Origin: an uncultured Acidobacteriaceae bacterium
GTDB taxonomy: Bacteria; Acidobacteriota; Terriglobia; Bryobacterales; Bryobacteraceae
Length of the DNA: 64,000 nucleotides
Direction of reading: 5' to 3'
NCBI GenBank assembly: GCA_963771305.1
Contig: CAVYTS010000036.1
Coordinates: 423-64,422 of the forward strand
In this document: positions 11,779-21,484 of the stretch, one piece after another
Layout of the letters: every line of letters starts with the position of its first letter
How positions within the stretch are numbered: the first letter of the stretch is position 1
Program-made: the position numbers and the translations under genes
Notes under the pieces: model-generated
What the model saw: only the letters and a program-made list of their open reading frames with translations
Databases searched by the model: none
Told to the model about the DNA's origin: nothing

Positions 11779-12266
11779 CTATGCTCCTTCCTTCGGTTCA
11801 CTATGCGCGGCTTCGGTCGGAGCGCCCGGGATAGGCACACCCGGTTCGGCATGCGGCGCAGGAGGCGCCGGAACGCGCTGGTCCCGGCCCGGCTGCTTGC
11901 GCGGGCACGATTGACGGGTATAGGCTTCCGTGCGGCCCGCTTCTCGCGCGCCTTCTTCCGTTTTTCGATTCGCTTCAGCTTCTCGTCAATGCGAACAGTG
12001 ATGAACTTAATCACCACATCGGCAACCCGCAGCCGGCGCTCAATCTCTTTCACCGTATCCGCTTTGGCCGTGAATTGCAGCAGAATGTACTGCCCTTCGT
12101 TGTACTTCAGCACGCGGTAAGCAAGCCGCCGCATGCCCCATTTTTCAGCCTTGTCGACGGTACCACCGCTTTGCGTGATGATCCCTTTCAACTGTTCGAT
12201 CACCGGCTCCACTTCTTCTTCTGTGGCATCCGGTCGAACGATGAATAACTCTTCGTAGATTCTCAT
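11779..12266 (-). CDS. rpsF: 30S ribosomal protein S6; C-terminal tail needs one frame change near 11930
   Basis: [13 protein letters not shown]...[10 protein letters not shown]. As given, the ORF runs on across rpsR. An alternative frame ends ...[13 protein letters not shown] at 11779-11781, 6 nt before the rpsR ATG and covering its RBS. Confidence 0.85.
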
Positions 12267-12919
12267 TCTTCCTCTTCTTGTAAGCCCCGGGCGCGACGAT
12301 TAAATCTCGTCATGGCCTTAATGGCGCCTTCGGCAATGATGAACTCGACAGCATCGGCGGCATAGCCGACCATCTCGTCCACCTCGTCCCTCATAGCCCG
12401 CTCCCAGGGAGCAAGCACGTAAACCGCCGCATCGTCAATCTCGTGATTCGGGTGTATGCCCACCCTCACCCGAGTAAACCAGTCGGTATGTATCGCGGCG
12501 ATCAATGACCGGACACCGTTGTGCCCAGCCGCTGAACCCTTTTTCCTGATCCGGAGACCGGTCCACGGCAGATCGATCTCGTCGTGAACCACCACCAGAT
12601 CCTTGTTCCCCAGGTTGTGCGATTTCAGGATCGCCCGAACGCTGCCCCCGGAGTTATTCATGAACGTCTGCGGCTTCACCAGCAAAACAGAGCGTTCCCG
12701 AATCTGCCCGCTGCCGGTCGTCGCGACTCCTTCATTCTGAGCCGTCCGGATCCCGTGGCGTCTCGCTAGCTCCTCCACGACCGCAAACCCGATGTTATGC
12801 GGCGTGTGCTCGTAGCGAATGCCAGGATTCCCCAGCCCAACCACGCAGTACACCCGGCTGGCCGGATCTGCCGGTATCTCGTCTTCGGTGGATTCGGAGG
12901 GAACAGGCAGATCGGACAT
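12263..12919 (-). CDS. pth: Peptidyl-tRNA hydrolase
   Basis: [20 protein letters not shown] and HDEIDLPWG-like motifs. Confidence 0.93.
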   Translation of the reverse strand: MSDLPVPSESTEDEIPADPASRVYCVVGLGNPGIRYEHTPHNIGFAVVEELARRHGIRTAQNEGVATTGSGQIRERSVLLVKPQTFMNNSGGSVRAILKSHNLGNKDLVVVHDEIDLPWTGLRIRKKGSAAGHNGVRSLIAAIHTDWFTRVRVGIHPNHEIDDAAVYVLAPWERAMRDEVDEMVGYAADAVEFIIAEGAIKAMTRFNRRARGLQEEEE

Positions 12920-12940
12920 CGAAGCCGGCGAGCGAAGCCC

Positions 12941-13633
12941 TTACTTCTTCTTGGGGGTCGGGGGTGCCGCTGGTGTTGCCGCTTCGCCCTCTTCCTTCTT
13001 GCCCTTCTTGATGACTTCAGGCTCAGCCGAAGTAACTTCGGCCACCACAGCCGCCTCTTCGACGACTTCAGCGCGCAACGCGACAACGTGCGAGATAACC
13101 GCATCGGCCGGGCTGAGAAGCTTCATCGATCCCGAAAGCGGAATCTCTGAGGCTCGGATCGAGTGATTGAGTTCCACCTCTGAAACGTTGACATCGAACT
13201 GCTCCGGAATCTCGTCCGGCAGGCACTCGATCTCGATTTCGCGCGTCACGATCTCATGGATGCCGCCTTGCAGCTTCACACCCTTCGGGTCGCCGAATGT
13301 CACCACCGGCACCTTGACCGTAATACGCTTGGTCAGATCAATGCGCTTCAGGTCGACGTGCAGTAACGAATCCTTGATGGGATCGAACTGCCAGTCAATG
13401 ATCATGACCGGCGTGTTTTCTCCGCCCGCTACGCTGAGATTGAAAATCGTGTTGTGGCCGGCCTTGCTATTTAAGATCCGGGCCACTTCTTTGGGGCTGA
13501 CGGCAACTGCCACCGCACCCGTTTCGCCGCCGTACACTACCGCGGGCATGGAGCCCTTCACACGGAGGCGGCGCGCCTCATTCTTGCCGCGCGAATCACG
13601 GGACTCGGCGGTGATCGTAATATCCTTCCTCAT
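12941..13633 (-). CDS. rplY: 50S ribosomal protein L25 / general stress protein Ctc
   Basis: RDSRGKNEARRLRVKGSMPAVVYG..., two-domain Ctc form with an acidic/lysine-rich tail. Confidence 0.92.
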   Translation of the reverse strand: MRKDITITAESRDSRGKNEARRLRVKGSMPAVVYGGETGAVAVAVSPKEVARILNSKAGHNTIFNLSVAGGENTPVMIIDWQFDPIKDSLLHVDLKRIDLTKRITVKVPVVTFGDPKGVKLQGGIHEIVTREIEIECLPDEIPEQFDVNVSEVELNHSIRASEIPLSGSMKLLSPADAVISHVVALRAEVVEEAAVVAEVTSAEPEVIKKGKKEEGEAATPAAPPTPKKK

Positions 13634-13802
13634 TTATCACCTCATCGCCGGGACGCCAGCCTGCAACTACTTTCCGAGCCGCGGACCCCGACTTAAATTA
13701 CGGCAGAGGGCAAGAAGCCGCCTAACCGCTTACTGCTTACCAAATCTCAGCGAGACGCCGAGATGCGGCGAATCATCCCGCCGCCGAAAACTCGTGCACC
13801 CA

Positions 13803-14774
13803 TCAAACGAACAGCGTGCTCACCGAACCACCCTCATGGATCGACTGGATCGCCCGGCCCAGCAACGGCGCCACCGATAACCGGCGGATCTTGCCGCATG
13901 CCGCCGCTTCCGCCTTCAGCGGAATCGAATTGGTTACCACCAACTCTTCCAGCTTGGAGGACTTGATGCGGTCCACCGCCGGACCCGACAACACCGCATG
14001 TGTCGCACAGGCCGTCACCTTAGTCGCTCCCTGGCTCAACAGCGCATCCACGCCGTTGACCAGTGTGCCGGCAGTGTCCACCAAATCGTCCACCACCAGG
14101 CAATGCTTTCCTTCGACGTCGCCGATGATATTCATCACCTCGGCTACGTTCACTTCCGTACGCCGCTTGTCGATTATGGCCAGCGGCGCATTCAAACGCT
14201 TCGCGAACGCCCGGGCTCGTTCAACGCCACCCGCGTCCGGCGACACCACAATGAGATCTTCATGTTGGTGATGTGCTTCGAAATACTCGATCATTACCGG
14301 CGCCGCGAACAGGTGGTCCACCGGAATATCGAAGAATCCCTGAATCTGAGCGGCGTGCAGATCGAGCGCCAGAACCCGGTTTGCGCCGGCCGTTTCGAGC
14401 AGGCTGGCCACCAGTTTGGCCGAGATCGGCATCCTCGGCTTGTCTTTTCTATCCTGCCGAGCGTACCCATAATAGGGTAACACTGCCGTGATACGTTCTG
14501 CACTGGCGCGCTTGAACGCGTCCATCATCAGCAGCAGTTCCATGATGTTGTGGTCCACCGGCGTGCAGGTCGGCTGGACCACGAAAACGTCGGCCCCACG
14601 GACATTTTCCTGGATCTGCAGGTGGGTTTCCCCGTCCGCGAAAGTACGCACCATGGCCGCCCCCATCGGGCAGCCGAGACTCTCGCAAATCTCGTTCGCC
14701 AATGCGGGGTTCGCGGTGCCGGAAAAGACCTTGTAGTCCGTGTAAAGGGCTCGAAGCGGTTTAGGAGCGGCCAT
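13803..14774 (-). CDS. prs: Ribose-phosphate pyrophosphokinase
   Basis: [10 protein letters not shown] and PRPP-binding [11 protein letters not shown] motifs. The start is taken at MAAPKPL (14774); the listed ORF extends to 14810. Confidence 0.93.
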   Translation of the reverse strand: MAAPKPLRALYTDYKVFSGTANPALANEICESLGCPMGAAMVRTFADGETHLQIQENVRGADVFVVQPTCTPVDHNIMELLLMMDAFKRASAERITAVLPYYGYARQDRKDKPRMPISAKLVASLLETAGANRVLALDLHAAQIQGFFDIPVDHLFAAPVMIEYFEAHHQHEDLIVVSPDAGGVERARAFAKRLNAPLAIIDKRRTEVNVAEVMNIIGDVEGKHCLVVDDLVDTAGTLVNGVDALLSQGATKVTACATHAVLSGPAVDRIKSSKLEELVVTNSIPLKAEAAACGKIRRLSVAPLLGRAIQSIHEGGSVSTLFV

Positions 14775-14797
14775 GGATTGAGAGTTTCTCCGTTGAG

Positions 14798-15805
14798 TCA
14801 GGCCAGGCAACTTTGATCGAAATACGGACCAAGCGCCCTGCGCCAGAGGGTTTTGTAGCGGCGTCGCGGCAGAAATGCGACGACGGAAGCCTCAGATCCC
14901 CCGAAACTGGAGCTGGCCGCCATCGCCTCCACGGGCTTGTCAAAAATACCGAACACTGCAGACCCACTTCCCGTCATTTGCGCCGGTTGGGCGCCCAGCC
15001 GCCGCAGTTTTCGCACCAGTTGCCGCAGCTCCGGGTGCTTCTGGAACACCACTTCTTCGAAATCGTTCTTGAGCGGGAGTAGCGCGAGTCCGGACGCACT
15101 CAGCCGCCATACGACGGCTTGAAACTCTCTCAGCATATGGAACTCGTCCAGTGATGTCAACGCGTTCGTAACATTCGGGAGCGCGGGCGCTTCGGGCTCG
15201 CTTCGGACGCCCCGATTCAACGCGCGATATGCCTCCGCCGTAGAGACATGGAGCCCGCTCGCAACCACCAGCGCCGTTACCGCCGGCAAGTCCGGGAGGG
15301 GATATAACTCGGTGCCTCGTCCCAGCCCCACAGCGGTTCCACCGCAAAGAAAATAAGGGACATCGCTGCCCAGTTGAGCGCCCAGCCGCCCCAGTTCGGC
15401 CAGTGGAATCGGCTTTCCTAACAGCGCTGGCAGCGCTATGAGCACCGCCGCCGCGTCGCTCGACCCTCCGCCCAGCCCGGCCCCCATCGGAATTCGCTTT
15501 TCGAGCACAAACCGAACCCGCGCAGTGAGCCGCAGATGGTCCAGCACCGCCTTCGCCGCCCGCACCACCAGATTGTCCGGAATCTCCACCGAGCTATCCA
15601 GCAGAATCTCGGTTTTCCGTGTGCGCTCAAGCTCGATCGCCAAGTCGTCTTTCAGGCTGATGGTTTGAAAAACGGTCCTCAGCTCGTGATAACCGTCGGC
15701 CCTCTTGTTCCCCACCCGCAAGTCGAGGTTCAGCTTCGCGAACGAGGGAACACGTACCCGAATTGGCGAGCCGGCCGTTGATCTGGCTGAGGAAGTTTTG
15801 GGCAC
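14798..15805 (-). CDS. ispE: 4-diphosphocytidyl-2-C-methyl-D-erythritol kinase
   Basis: [20 protein letters not shown] and GHMP kinase motif [15 protein letters not shown]. Confidence 0.92.
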   Translation of the reverse strand: MPKTSSARSTAGSPIRVRVPSFAKLNLDLRVGNKRADGYHELRTVFQTISLKDDLAIELERTRKTEILLDSSVEIPDNLVVRAAKAVLDHLRLTARVRFVLEKRIPMGAGLGGGSSDAAAVLIALPALLGKPIPLAELGRLGAQLGSDVPYFLCGGTAVGLGRGTELYPLPDLPAVTALVVASGLHVSTAEAYRALNRGVRSEPEAPALPNVTNALTSLDEFHMLREFQAVVWRLSASGLALLPLKNDFEEVVFQKHPELRQLVRKLRRLGAQPAQMTGSGSAVFGIFDKPVEAMAASSSFGGSEASVVAFLPRRRYKTLWRRALGPYFDQSCLA

Positions 15806-15820
15806 GGCGATAGCTACAAC

Positions 15821-16336
15821 CTAATACTGAATTAACGAGTGCAAGTCGTAGCCTTTAAGGCGATCGCGCCCGTGCAGGAAAGAGAGCTCGATCACGAAGC
15901 CCAGTCCGATCACGTTCGCGCCCAGTCCCTCTACCAGCTTCGCGACTGCGGAGGCCGTGCCGCCGGTGGCCAGCACGTCGTCGATGATCAGAACATTCTC
16001 GCCGGGCTGGATGGCATCCGCATGGATCTCCAGTACGTCCGTACCGTATTCCAGCGCGTACTCGATGCTTCTCACCGCTGCCGGCAACTTCTTAGGTTTG
16101 CGCACCGGCACGAAGCCCGCGCCATGCGCCAGCGCCATTGCCGGAGCGAAGAAGTAGCCTCGCGCTTCAATGCCAACCACGAGGTCGATCGCCCGGCCTT
16201 TATAGTGGCTTTCCAACGCGTCGATCGTCTCGCGAAAACCGGCTTTGTCTCGCAGCAGCGTCGTGATGTCGTAGAAATTGATCCCAGGCTTGGGAAAGTC
16301 CGGTACTTCGCGGATTAGCTGTTTCAGATGGTTCAT
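15821..16336 (-). CDS. apt: Adenine phosphoribosyltransferase
   Basis: [14 protein letters not shown] and [14 protein letters not shown] motifs. Confidence 0.95.
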   Translation of the reverse strand: MNHLKQLIREVPDFPKPGINFYDITTLLRDKAGFRETIDALESHYKGRAIDLVVGIEARGYFFAPAMALAHGAGFVPVRKPKKLPAAVRSIEYALEYGTDVLEIHADAIQPGENVLIIDDVLATGGTASAVAKLVEGLGANVIGLGFVIELSFLHGRDRLKGYDLHSLIQY

Positions 16337-16517
16337 GAGTCTCTTGCCCGTTCGCGGCCGCCCGAAAGGTCAGCAGCGATCGCGCCTGGGCTGAGCTGTC
16401 GGGTGAAATCCGCATCGGGCAACGTACCCAGCGGGACGCCTCGATTGTAGCAAGCGAACAGCCCTCGCCCGCGGCGGGATTCAGGCCGGTTCAGGTGGGG
16501 TTGATAATGAATGCATT

Positions 16518-17000
16518 ATGCGACGAACCGCCTTATTCCTCCTCCTGACCCTTTTCGCCGCCGTGTTCGCTGCTGCTCAGAGCGAAACCAAAACCAACTA
16601 CGCCGGCCAGTGGCGGATGATCAAGGACAAAAGCGACTTCGGCAAGTTCACCGCGCCCGATACGATGGTCCGAACCATCGATCAGCGGGACGTAACAATC
16701 AACGTCCACACGTCCCAGACCGGTCCGGCCGGCAAGAGCAGCGCCGACGTCACTTACTACACCGACGGCCGCGAATCCATCAACGAAAGCCACGGCCGGG
16801 AATCTAAGAGCCACTGCTTCTGGGATGGAGATGTGCTGGTGATTCGGACTTTCGCGAAAGCTTCCAACAATGCCGCGATCGAGACGGAAGAACGCTGGGA
16901 GCTCTCCGCTGACGGCAAGATCTTAATCATGACCAGCCACATGGAAACCGGCATTACGCAGCACAACTTCAAGCTGGTTTGTGAACGAGTTGAGAAGTGA
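16518..17000 (+). CDS. Hypothetical secreted protein
   Basis: Clear signal peptide (LFLLLTLFAAVFAAAQS) and a beta-rich mature part. No family assigned. Confidence 0.55.
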   Translation: MRRTALFLLLTLFAAVFAAAQSETKTNYAGQWRMIKDKSDFGKFTAPDTMVRTIDQRDVTINVHTSQTGPAGKSSADVTYYTDGRESINESHGRESKSHCFWDGDVLVIRTFAKASNNAAIETEERWELSADGKILIMTSHMETGITQHNFKLVCERVEK

Positions 17001-17018
17001 AACCTCGCTGAGCGAAGC

Positions 17019-17960
17019 CTATTCCTCGAAGCGCTCGGTCGCCGCGCGCTTCAGGCGGTCACGTATCCCCGCCCACTCATCGCTCACTGGCGGCTCACGT
17101 AGCGCGATCCAATCCCATCCCTCGGCATCGGCTTCATGCAGGGCTGCATATAAACGCACGGCATACGCGGCTGGTTCGGATGGCATCTCAATAACGCGTC
17201 CCCGCCCCTTCGGCTCCGGCTGGCCTTCCTTGAGCAGCACCAGGGGCGTCCTCGGCGCATAGTGCCGGCTGTGCATGCCCGGGGCCGCGAAACCCGGCAA
17301 CGTCCCTTCCGTGACCGCCTGCTGCACTCGCGCGGAATCCTGAACTCTCCATGCAACGCCCGTGGCGGCCTCCAAGTCGGCTTCCGAAATCATGCCCAGC
17401 CTCAGAATCGTTGGGTGCTCTTCCGCCAGCGACACGACCGTTGACTCAATTCCGACATGCGTTGCGCCCCCATCCAGAATCAGATCCACGGCACTGCCCA
17501 GACCGGTACGCACATGCTCGGCTGTGGTCGGCGAGATCTGTGTGAAACGGTTCGCGCTCGGCGCCGCAATAGGCACGCGCGCACGGCGGATCAGTCCCAG
17601 TGCCACCGGATGCTTGGGGATACGCACGCCCACGGTGTCCAGGCCGGCTGTTACAATGTCGGGGATTTGCTCTGCCTTAGGTAGCACCAAGGTGAGTGGG
17701 CCTGGCCAGAATCGCTCTGCGAGCTTCTGCGCCAAGCTCGGCCATTCTGCCGTCACTTGCCGCGCCATGATGACGTGCGCAACATGGACAATCAGTGGGC
17801 TGGTGGCTGGTCGACCCTTGGCCTCGTAAATCCGCTGGACAGCCGCCTCATCCAGCGCATTCGCGCCGAGTCCATAAACCGTTTCAGTCGGGAAAGCAAC
17901 CAGCCTGCCCGCACGAATCAGCTTGGCCGCCAGCGTTAGTTCTGTCTCGCTCGGATCCAT
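17019..17960 (-). CDS. L-threonylcarbamoyladenylate synthase, Sua5/YwlC type (YrdC domain plus Sua5 C-terminal domain)
   Basis: FPTETVYGLGANALDEAAV...YEAKGRPATSPLIVHV...SANRF motifs; 313 aa. Confidence 0.9.
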   Translation of the reverse strand: MDPSETELTLAAKLIRAGRLVAFPTETVYGLGANALDEAAVQRIYEAKGRPATSPLIVHVAHVIMARQVTAEWPSLAQKLAERFWPGPLTLVLPKAEQIPDIVTAGLDTVGVRIPKHPVALGLIRRARVPIAAPSANRFTQISPTTAEHVRTGLGSAVDLILDGGATHVGIESTVVSLAEEHPTILRLGMISEADLEAATGVAWRVQDSARVQQAVTEGTLPGFAAPGMHSRHYAPRTPLVLLKEGQPEPKGRGRVIEMPSEPAAYAVRLYAALHEADAEGWDWIALREPPVSDEWAGIRDRLKRAATERFEE

Positions 17961-17994
17961 GGAATACCCACCGCGCCGTCGTTACCGAACGATG

Positions 17995-19135
17995 CTAATC
18001 GATGATCTCGTCTTTGCCTGCTTCGCCAGCCAGCTTGCCAGTCTTTCGCCAGACGAGATAGGCGTGCGTCAGGCTGTCGATGTCGCCGTCCAATACCCGG
18101 TCGACGTCGCCTATGGAGAGTTTCGTCCGAAGGTCTTTCACAAGCCGGTATGGTGCTAGCACATAGTTGCGAATCTGGCTGCCAAAGTTGATCTCCAGCT
18201 TCGTGTCTTCCAGCTTCCGGTCCGCTACGCGCTTCTTCTCCAGCTCGTATTCGTAGAGCTTGGCCTTCATCTGCTTCATCGCACTCGCGCGGTTCTTATG
18301 CTGGCTGCGTTCGTTCTGGCACTGGACCACCAGGCCGGTTGGCAGATGGGTGAAGCGGACAGCGGATTCTGTGCGGTTTACGTGCTGGCCTCCCGCGCCG
18401 CTGGCCCGGAAGACGTCGATCTTCAGATCCTCGGGCTTGACCTCAATGTTGATGTCGTCGTCGATCTGCGGGTAGATGAACACGGAGGCGAAGGAAGTAT
18501 GCCGGCGAGCGTTCGCGTCGAACGGCGAAATCCTCACCAGCCGGTGAACACCGGCCTCCGACTGCAATTGGCCGTAGATATTGTCTGCGCCGTTGATCTC
18601 GAAGGTGCCCGACTTGATGCCTGCGCCTTCGCCCTCCAGCAGGTCGGTCACTTCAACTTTGTAGCCGTGCCGCTCTGCCCAGCGCAGATACATGCGCATC
18701 AGCATCTCGGCCCAGTCCTGGCTCTCTGTGCCGCCGGCGCCGGGGTGAATCGTGACGATCGCGTCCCGGGCGTCATTGGGTCCGGACAGAAGCATTCCGG
18801 TTTCAAGCTGCTCCAGTTTCGTAGTGAGCGCTGCCATCTCGCGCTCAAGTTCGGCAGTAACTGCTTCTCCCTCTTTGCCCAGGTCGAACAGCGTGTCGAT
18901 GTCGGAGGTGGTGGATCGCAGCGACGCTTCTTGTGCAATCGATTCCTCGACGCGCTTGCGTTCCTGCATCACCTTCTGGCTGGTTTCGGGGGAGTTCCAA
19001 AAGTCCGGCGAAGAGATAACCGCTTCGAGTTCTTTTAGCTTTTGTTGCTTGGCTGGCGCGTCAAAGATAGCTCCGCACAGCGTCAGCCTGCTGCCGGAGC
19101 GTAACGTACTCTCTTTCCAGCTCTTCTAGAGTCAT
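17995..19135 (-). CDS. prfB: Peptide chain release factor 2, requiring the programmed +1 ribosomal frameshift
   Basis: ORF 17995-18972 carries SPF and GGQ (SGAGGQHVN). The upstream frame reads MTLEELEREYVTLRQQADAVRSYL-TGA, and the +1 frame continues DAPAKQQKLKELEAVISSPDFWN... into the main ORF. Confidence 0.95.
19060..19066 (-). promoter_or_regulatory. prfB: prfB autoregulatory +1 frameshift site CTT TGA C
   Basis: The minus strand reads agc tat CTT TGA C at codons 24-25, the canonical RF2 recoding heptamer. Confidence 0.9.
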
Positions 19136-19240
19136 TGAACTCAGTGTAGCGGAGCATTAAATCGAGATATGCTTCCTCTGTGGCCGGTCGTCATCGATTA
19201 TCCGGAAAACGAAACATACCAGCACTGGGCCGCGCGCATC

Positions 19241-19276
19241 ACTCCAGCACAGAACCGCGCGCGTCAGCAAGCGGAT
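19241..19276. repeat. Dispersed REP-like repeat type A, copy 2
   Basis: actccagcacagaaccgcgcgcgtcagcaagcggat; 35 of 36 identical to 10890-10925; intergenic. Confidence 0.75.
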
Positions 19277-19347
19277 TCTTTCGGAGCCGTCATCGTAGCT
19301 TTCTGAGGCGCGACCGTGAGGGAGCGCTCGCCTCGCTCGATGGATAC

Positions 19348-19382
19348 AATCCGCGTTTATCGGCGTTGATCAGCGGCCATAG
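19348..19382. repeat. Dispersed repeat type B, copy 2
   Basis: aatccgcgtttatcggcgttgatcagcggccatag, related to 1831-1865. It sits in a 260-bp intergenic repeat cluster together with the type A copy. Confidence 0.55.
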
Positions 19383-19441
19383 TTTGATTTCCTCACGGCT
19401 CTCAGCAAGCGGGCCCGCCCCACCTTCAACCGGAGTTACCC

Positions 19442-21280
19442 TTGTCTAATCTCACGCGAAGGACTCTGCTGAAGAGCGCCGCTTCCATGGCCCTCGCTGC
19501 CTCGACAGCATCCAAGCTTCGCTCAACTACCCTCCCCACCGCGCCTCTAACCGTCTTCCCCTATGGCGCCGTTACCCTTCTGCCCGGTCCGCTCAGGAAA
19601 CAGTTCGACGAAACCCATGCGTTCTTCCTGAACCTCAGTGAGGACCGCCTGCTCAAGATCTACCGCCAGCGCGTCGGGCTTCCTGCGCCCGGCGAGGACA
19701 TGGGCGGCTGGTACGACGACTTCTGCCCGGGCGCTCACTTCGGGCAGTACGTTTCCGGTCTGGCTCGATTCGCCGCGGCCACCAATTCCGAACCAACTCG
19801 CGCCAAGGTGAAGCGGCTCGTGCGCGGCTATGCGGAGACGGTGGATCCCTCCGGAAAGTTCTTCGTCGACCTGCGATATCCGGGCTACACCTACGACAAG
19901 CTGGTTTGCGCGCTGCTCGATGCTCACTCCTGGGCCGGCGATGAATCCGCCTTCTCCGTCCTATACGCCACCACCCGCGCCGCGAAGCCGCATATGCCTG
20001 ATCATGCGCTGACTGCCGAGGAACAGCAGCAGCGCCCCCACAAAGACGAGACCTACACCTGGGATGAAAGCTACACCATGGCCGAGAATCTTTTCCTTGC
20101 GTATGAGCGCACCGGGGATCCGATGTTCTTCGACATGGGCAGACGCTATCTTCTCGACCGCACTTTCTTCGACCCATTGGCGGAAGGGCAGGACGTGCTC
20201 CCGGGCCTTCACGCCTACAGCCACGTAAATGCCCTCAGTTCCGGCATGCAGGGCTATCTCAAAGTCGGTGATCCGAAGTACCTAAACGCGGTCAACAATG
20301 CCGTCAACCTGATCTGGAAGGACCAGAGTTTCGCTACCGGCGGCTGGGGACCAAACGAGGCATTTGTCGAGCCCGGTAAAGGACAGCTCGGCGCCAGCTT
20401 GTCCAGCACGCATCGCAGCTTCGAAACGCCTTGCGGATCCTACGCACACTTCAAAGTGATGCGCTATTTGCTGCTGCTCACTCAGGACGCACGCTACGGC
20501 GACAGCATGGAGCGCGTTCTTTACAACACCATCCTGGGCGCGCTGCCGGTACGCGAGGACGGCTCGAGCTTCTACTACTCCGACTATCACCACTCCGGCG
20601 CGAAGACCTACCGGCGAGACATTCCGGACGCAGTTTATCGATGGGACCACGATGCCAGGTGGCCGTGCTGCTCCGGAACATTGCCGCAGGTCGTTGCCGA
20701 TTACACGATTAACGCTTACTTCCGCAGTGCCGACGGCATCTATGTGAATCTCTATGTGCCGTCGCATCTCACTTGGATGTCGAACTCAGTCCGCTGCACT
20801 CTTACTCAAGAGACTTTGTATCCAACCGACAGCCTCGTGACGATGCGCATGGAACTTTCGCAACCCCAGGAGTTCTCGCTATATCTGCGGATCCCGGCTT
20901 GGGCAGGAAGCCAGACGTCTATATCCGTGAACGGAACCCGCCTGAAGTCAACGCCCTCAGCAGCCACATTCTTCCCGATCCGTCGAAGCTGGAAGAGCGG
21001 CGACGTGGTCGAACTGCACATCGATCAACCGGTTCGGACCGAGGCCGTGGATACTCAGACCGCGGATCAAGTCGCGCTTCTTCGAGGCCCTCAGGTGCTC
21101 TTTGCTATCTCCGCTCAGCAGCCTCACCTGAGGCGGGAACAACTGGCCAGCCTCCAGCCCGTGAAAGCCTCTGACGGCGACTGGATTCTGGAACTCGATC
21201 AATCGACTCTTGTACTTAGACCATTCGCCAACATCCGGGAAGAGGTCTACCAGACCTATGCGAAAGTGGTGAGCGTCTAA
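19442..21280 (+). CDS. Glycoside hydrolase family 127 (DUF1680, beta-L-arabinofuranosidase-like) with twin-arginine signal
   Basis: TTG start, RRTLLKSAASMALAAS Tat-type leader, conserved cysteine cluster WPCCSGT; intact 612 aa. Confidence 0.8.
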   Translation: MSNLTRRTLLKSAASMALAASTASKLRSTTLPTAPLTVFPYGAVTLLPGPLRKQFDETHAFFLNLSEDRLLKIYRQRVGLPAPGEDMGGWYDDFCPGAHFGQYVSGLARFAAATNSEPTRAKVKRLVRGYAETVDPSGKFFVDLRYPGYTYDKLVCALLDAHSWAGDESAFSVLYATTRAAKPHMPDHALTAEEQQQRPHKDETYTWDESYTMAENLFLAYERTGDPMFFDMGRRYLLDRTFFDPLAEGQDVLPGLHAYSHVNALSSGMQGYLKVGDPKYLNAVNNAVNLIWKDQSFATGGWGPNEAFVEPGKGQLGASLSSTHRSFETPCGSYAHFKVMRYLLLLTQDARYGDSMERVLYNTILGALPVREDGSSFYYSDYHHSGAKTYRRDIPDAVYRWDHDARWPCCSGTLPQVVADYTINAYFRSADGIYVNLYVPSHLTWMSNSVRCTLTQETLYPTDSLVTMRMELSQPQEFSLYLRIPAWAGSQTSISVNGTRLKSTPSAATFFPIRRSWKSGDVVELHIDQPVRTEAVDTQTADQVALLRGPQVLFAISAQQPHLRREQLASLQPVKASDGDWILELDQSTLVLRPFANIREEVYQTYAKVVSV

Positions 21281-21484
21281 GGGCGCCGCCGCCCAAACTG
21301 GGTCATTTTCGGCTATCATAAAGAAGAACTTTTGACGTCAGATTCACATCAGGATGGGTGTGTGCTCTCGCCACCCACAGGCGCCTTGTGCTCGCAGTCA
21401 GTGGCACCCGGCAATGACTTTCCCCTGCGCTTCGTGCGTTTGCCTCAATAGTCCCCGCTGCAATCGTACTAATAACTAACACTC

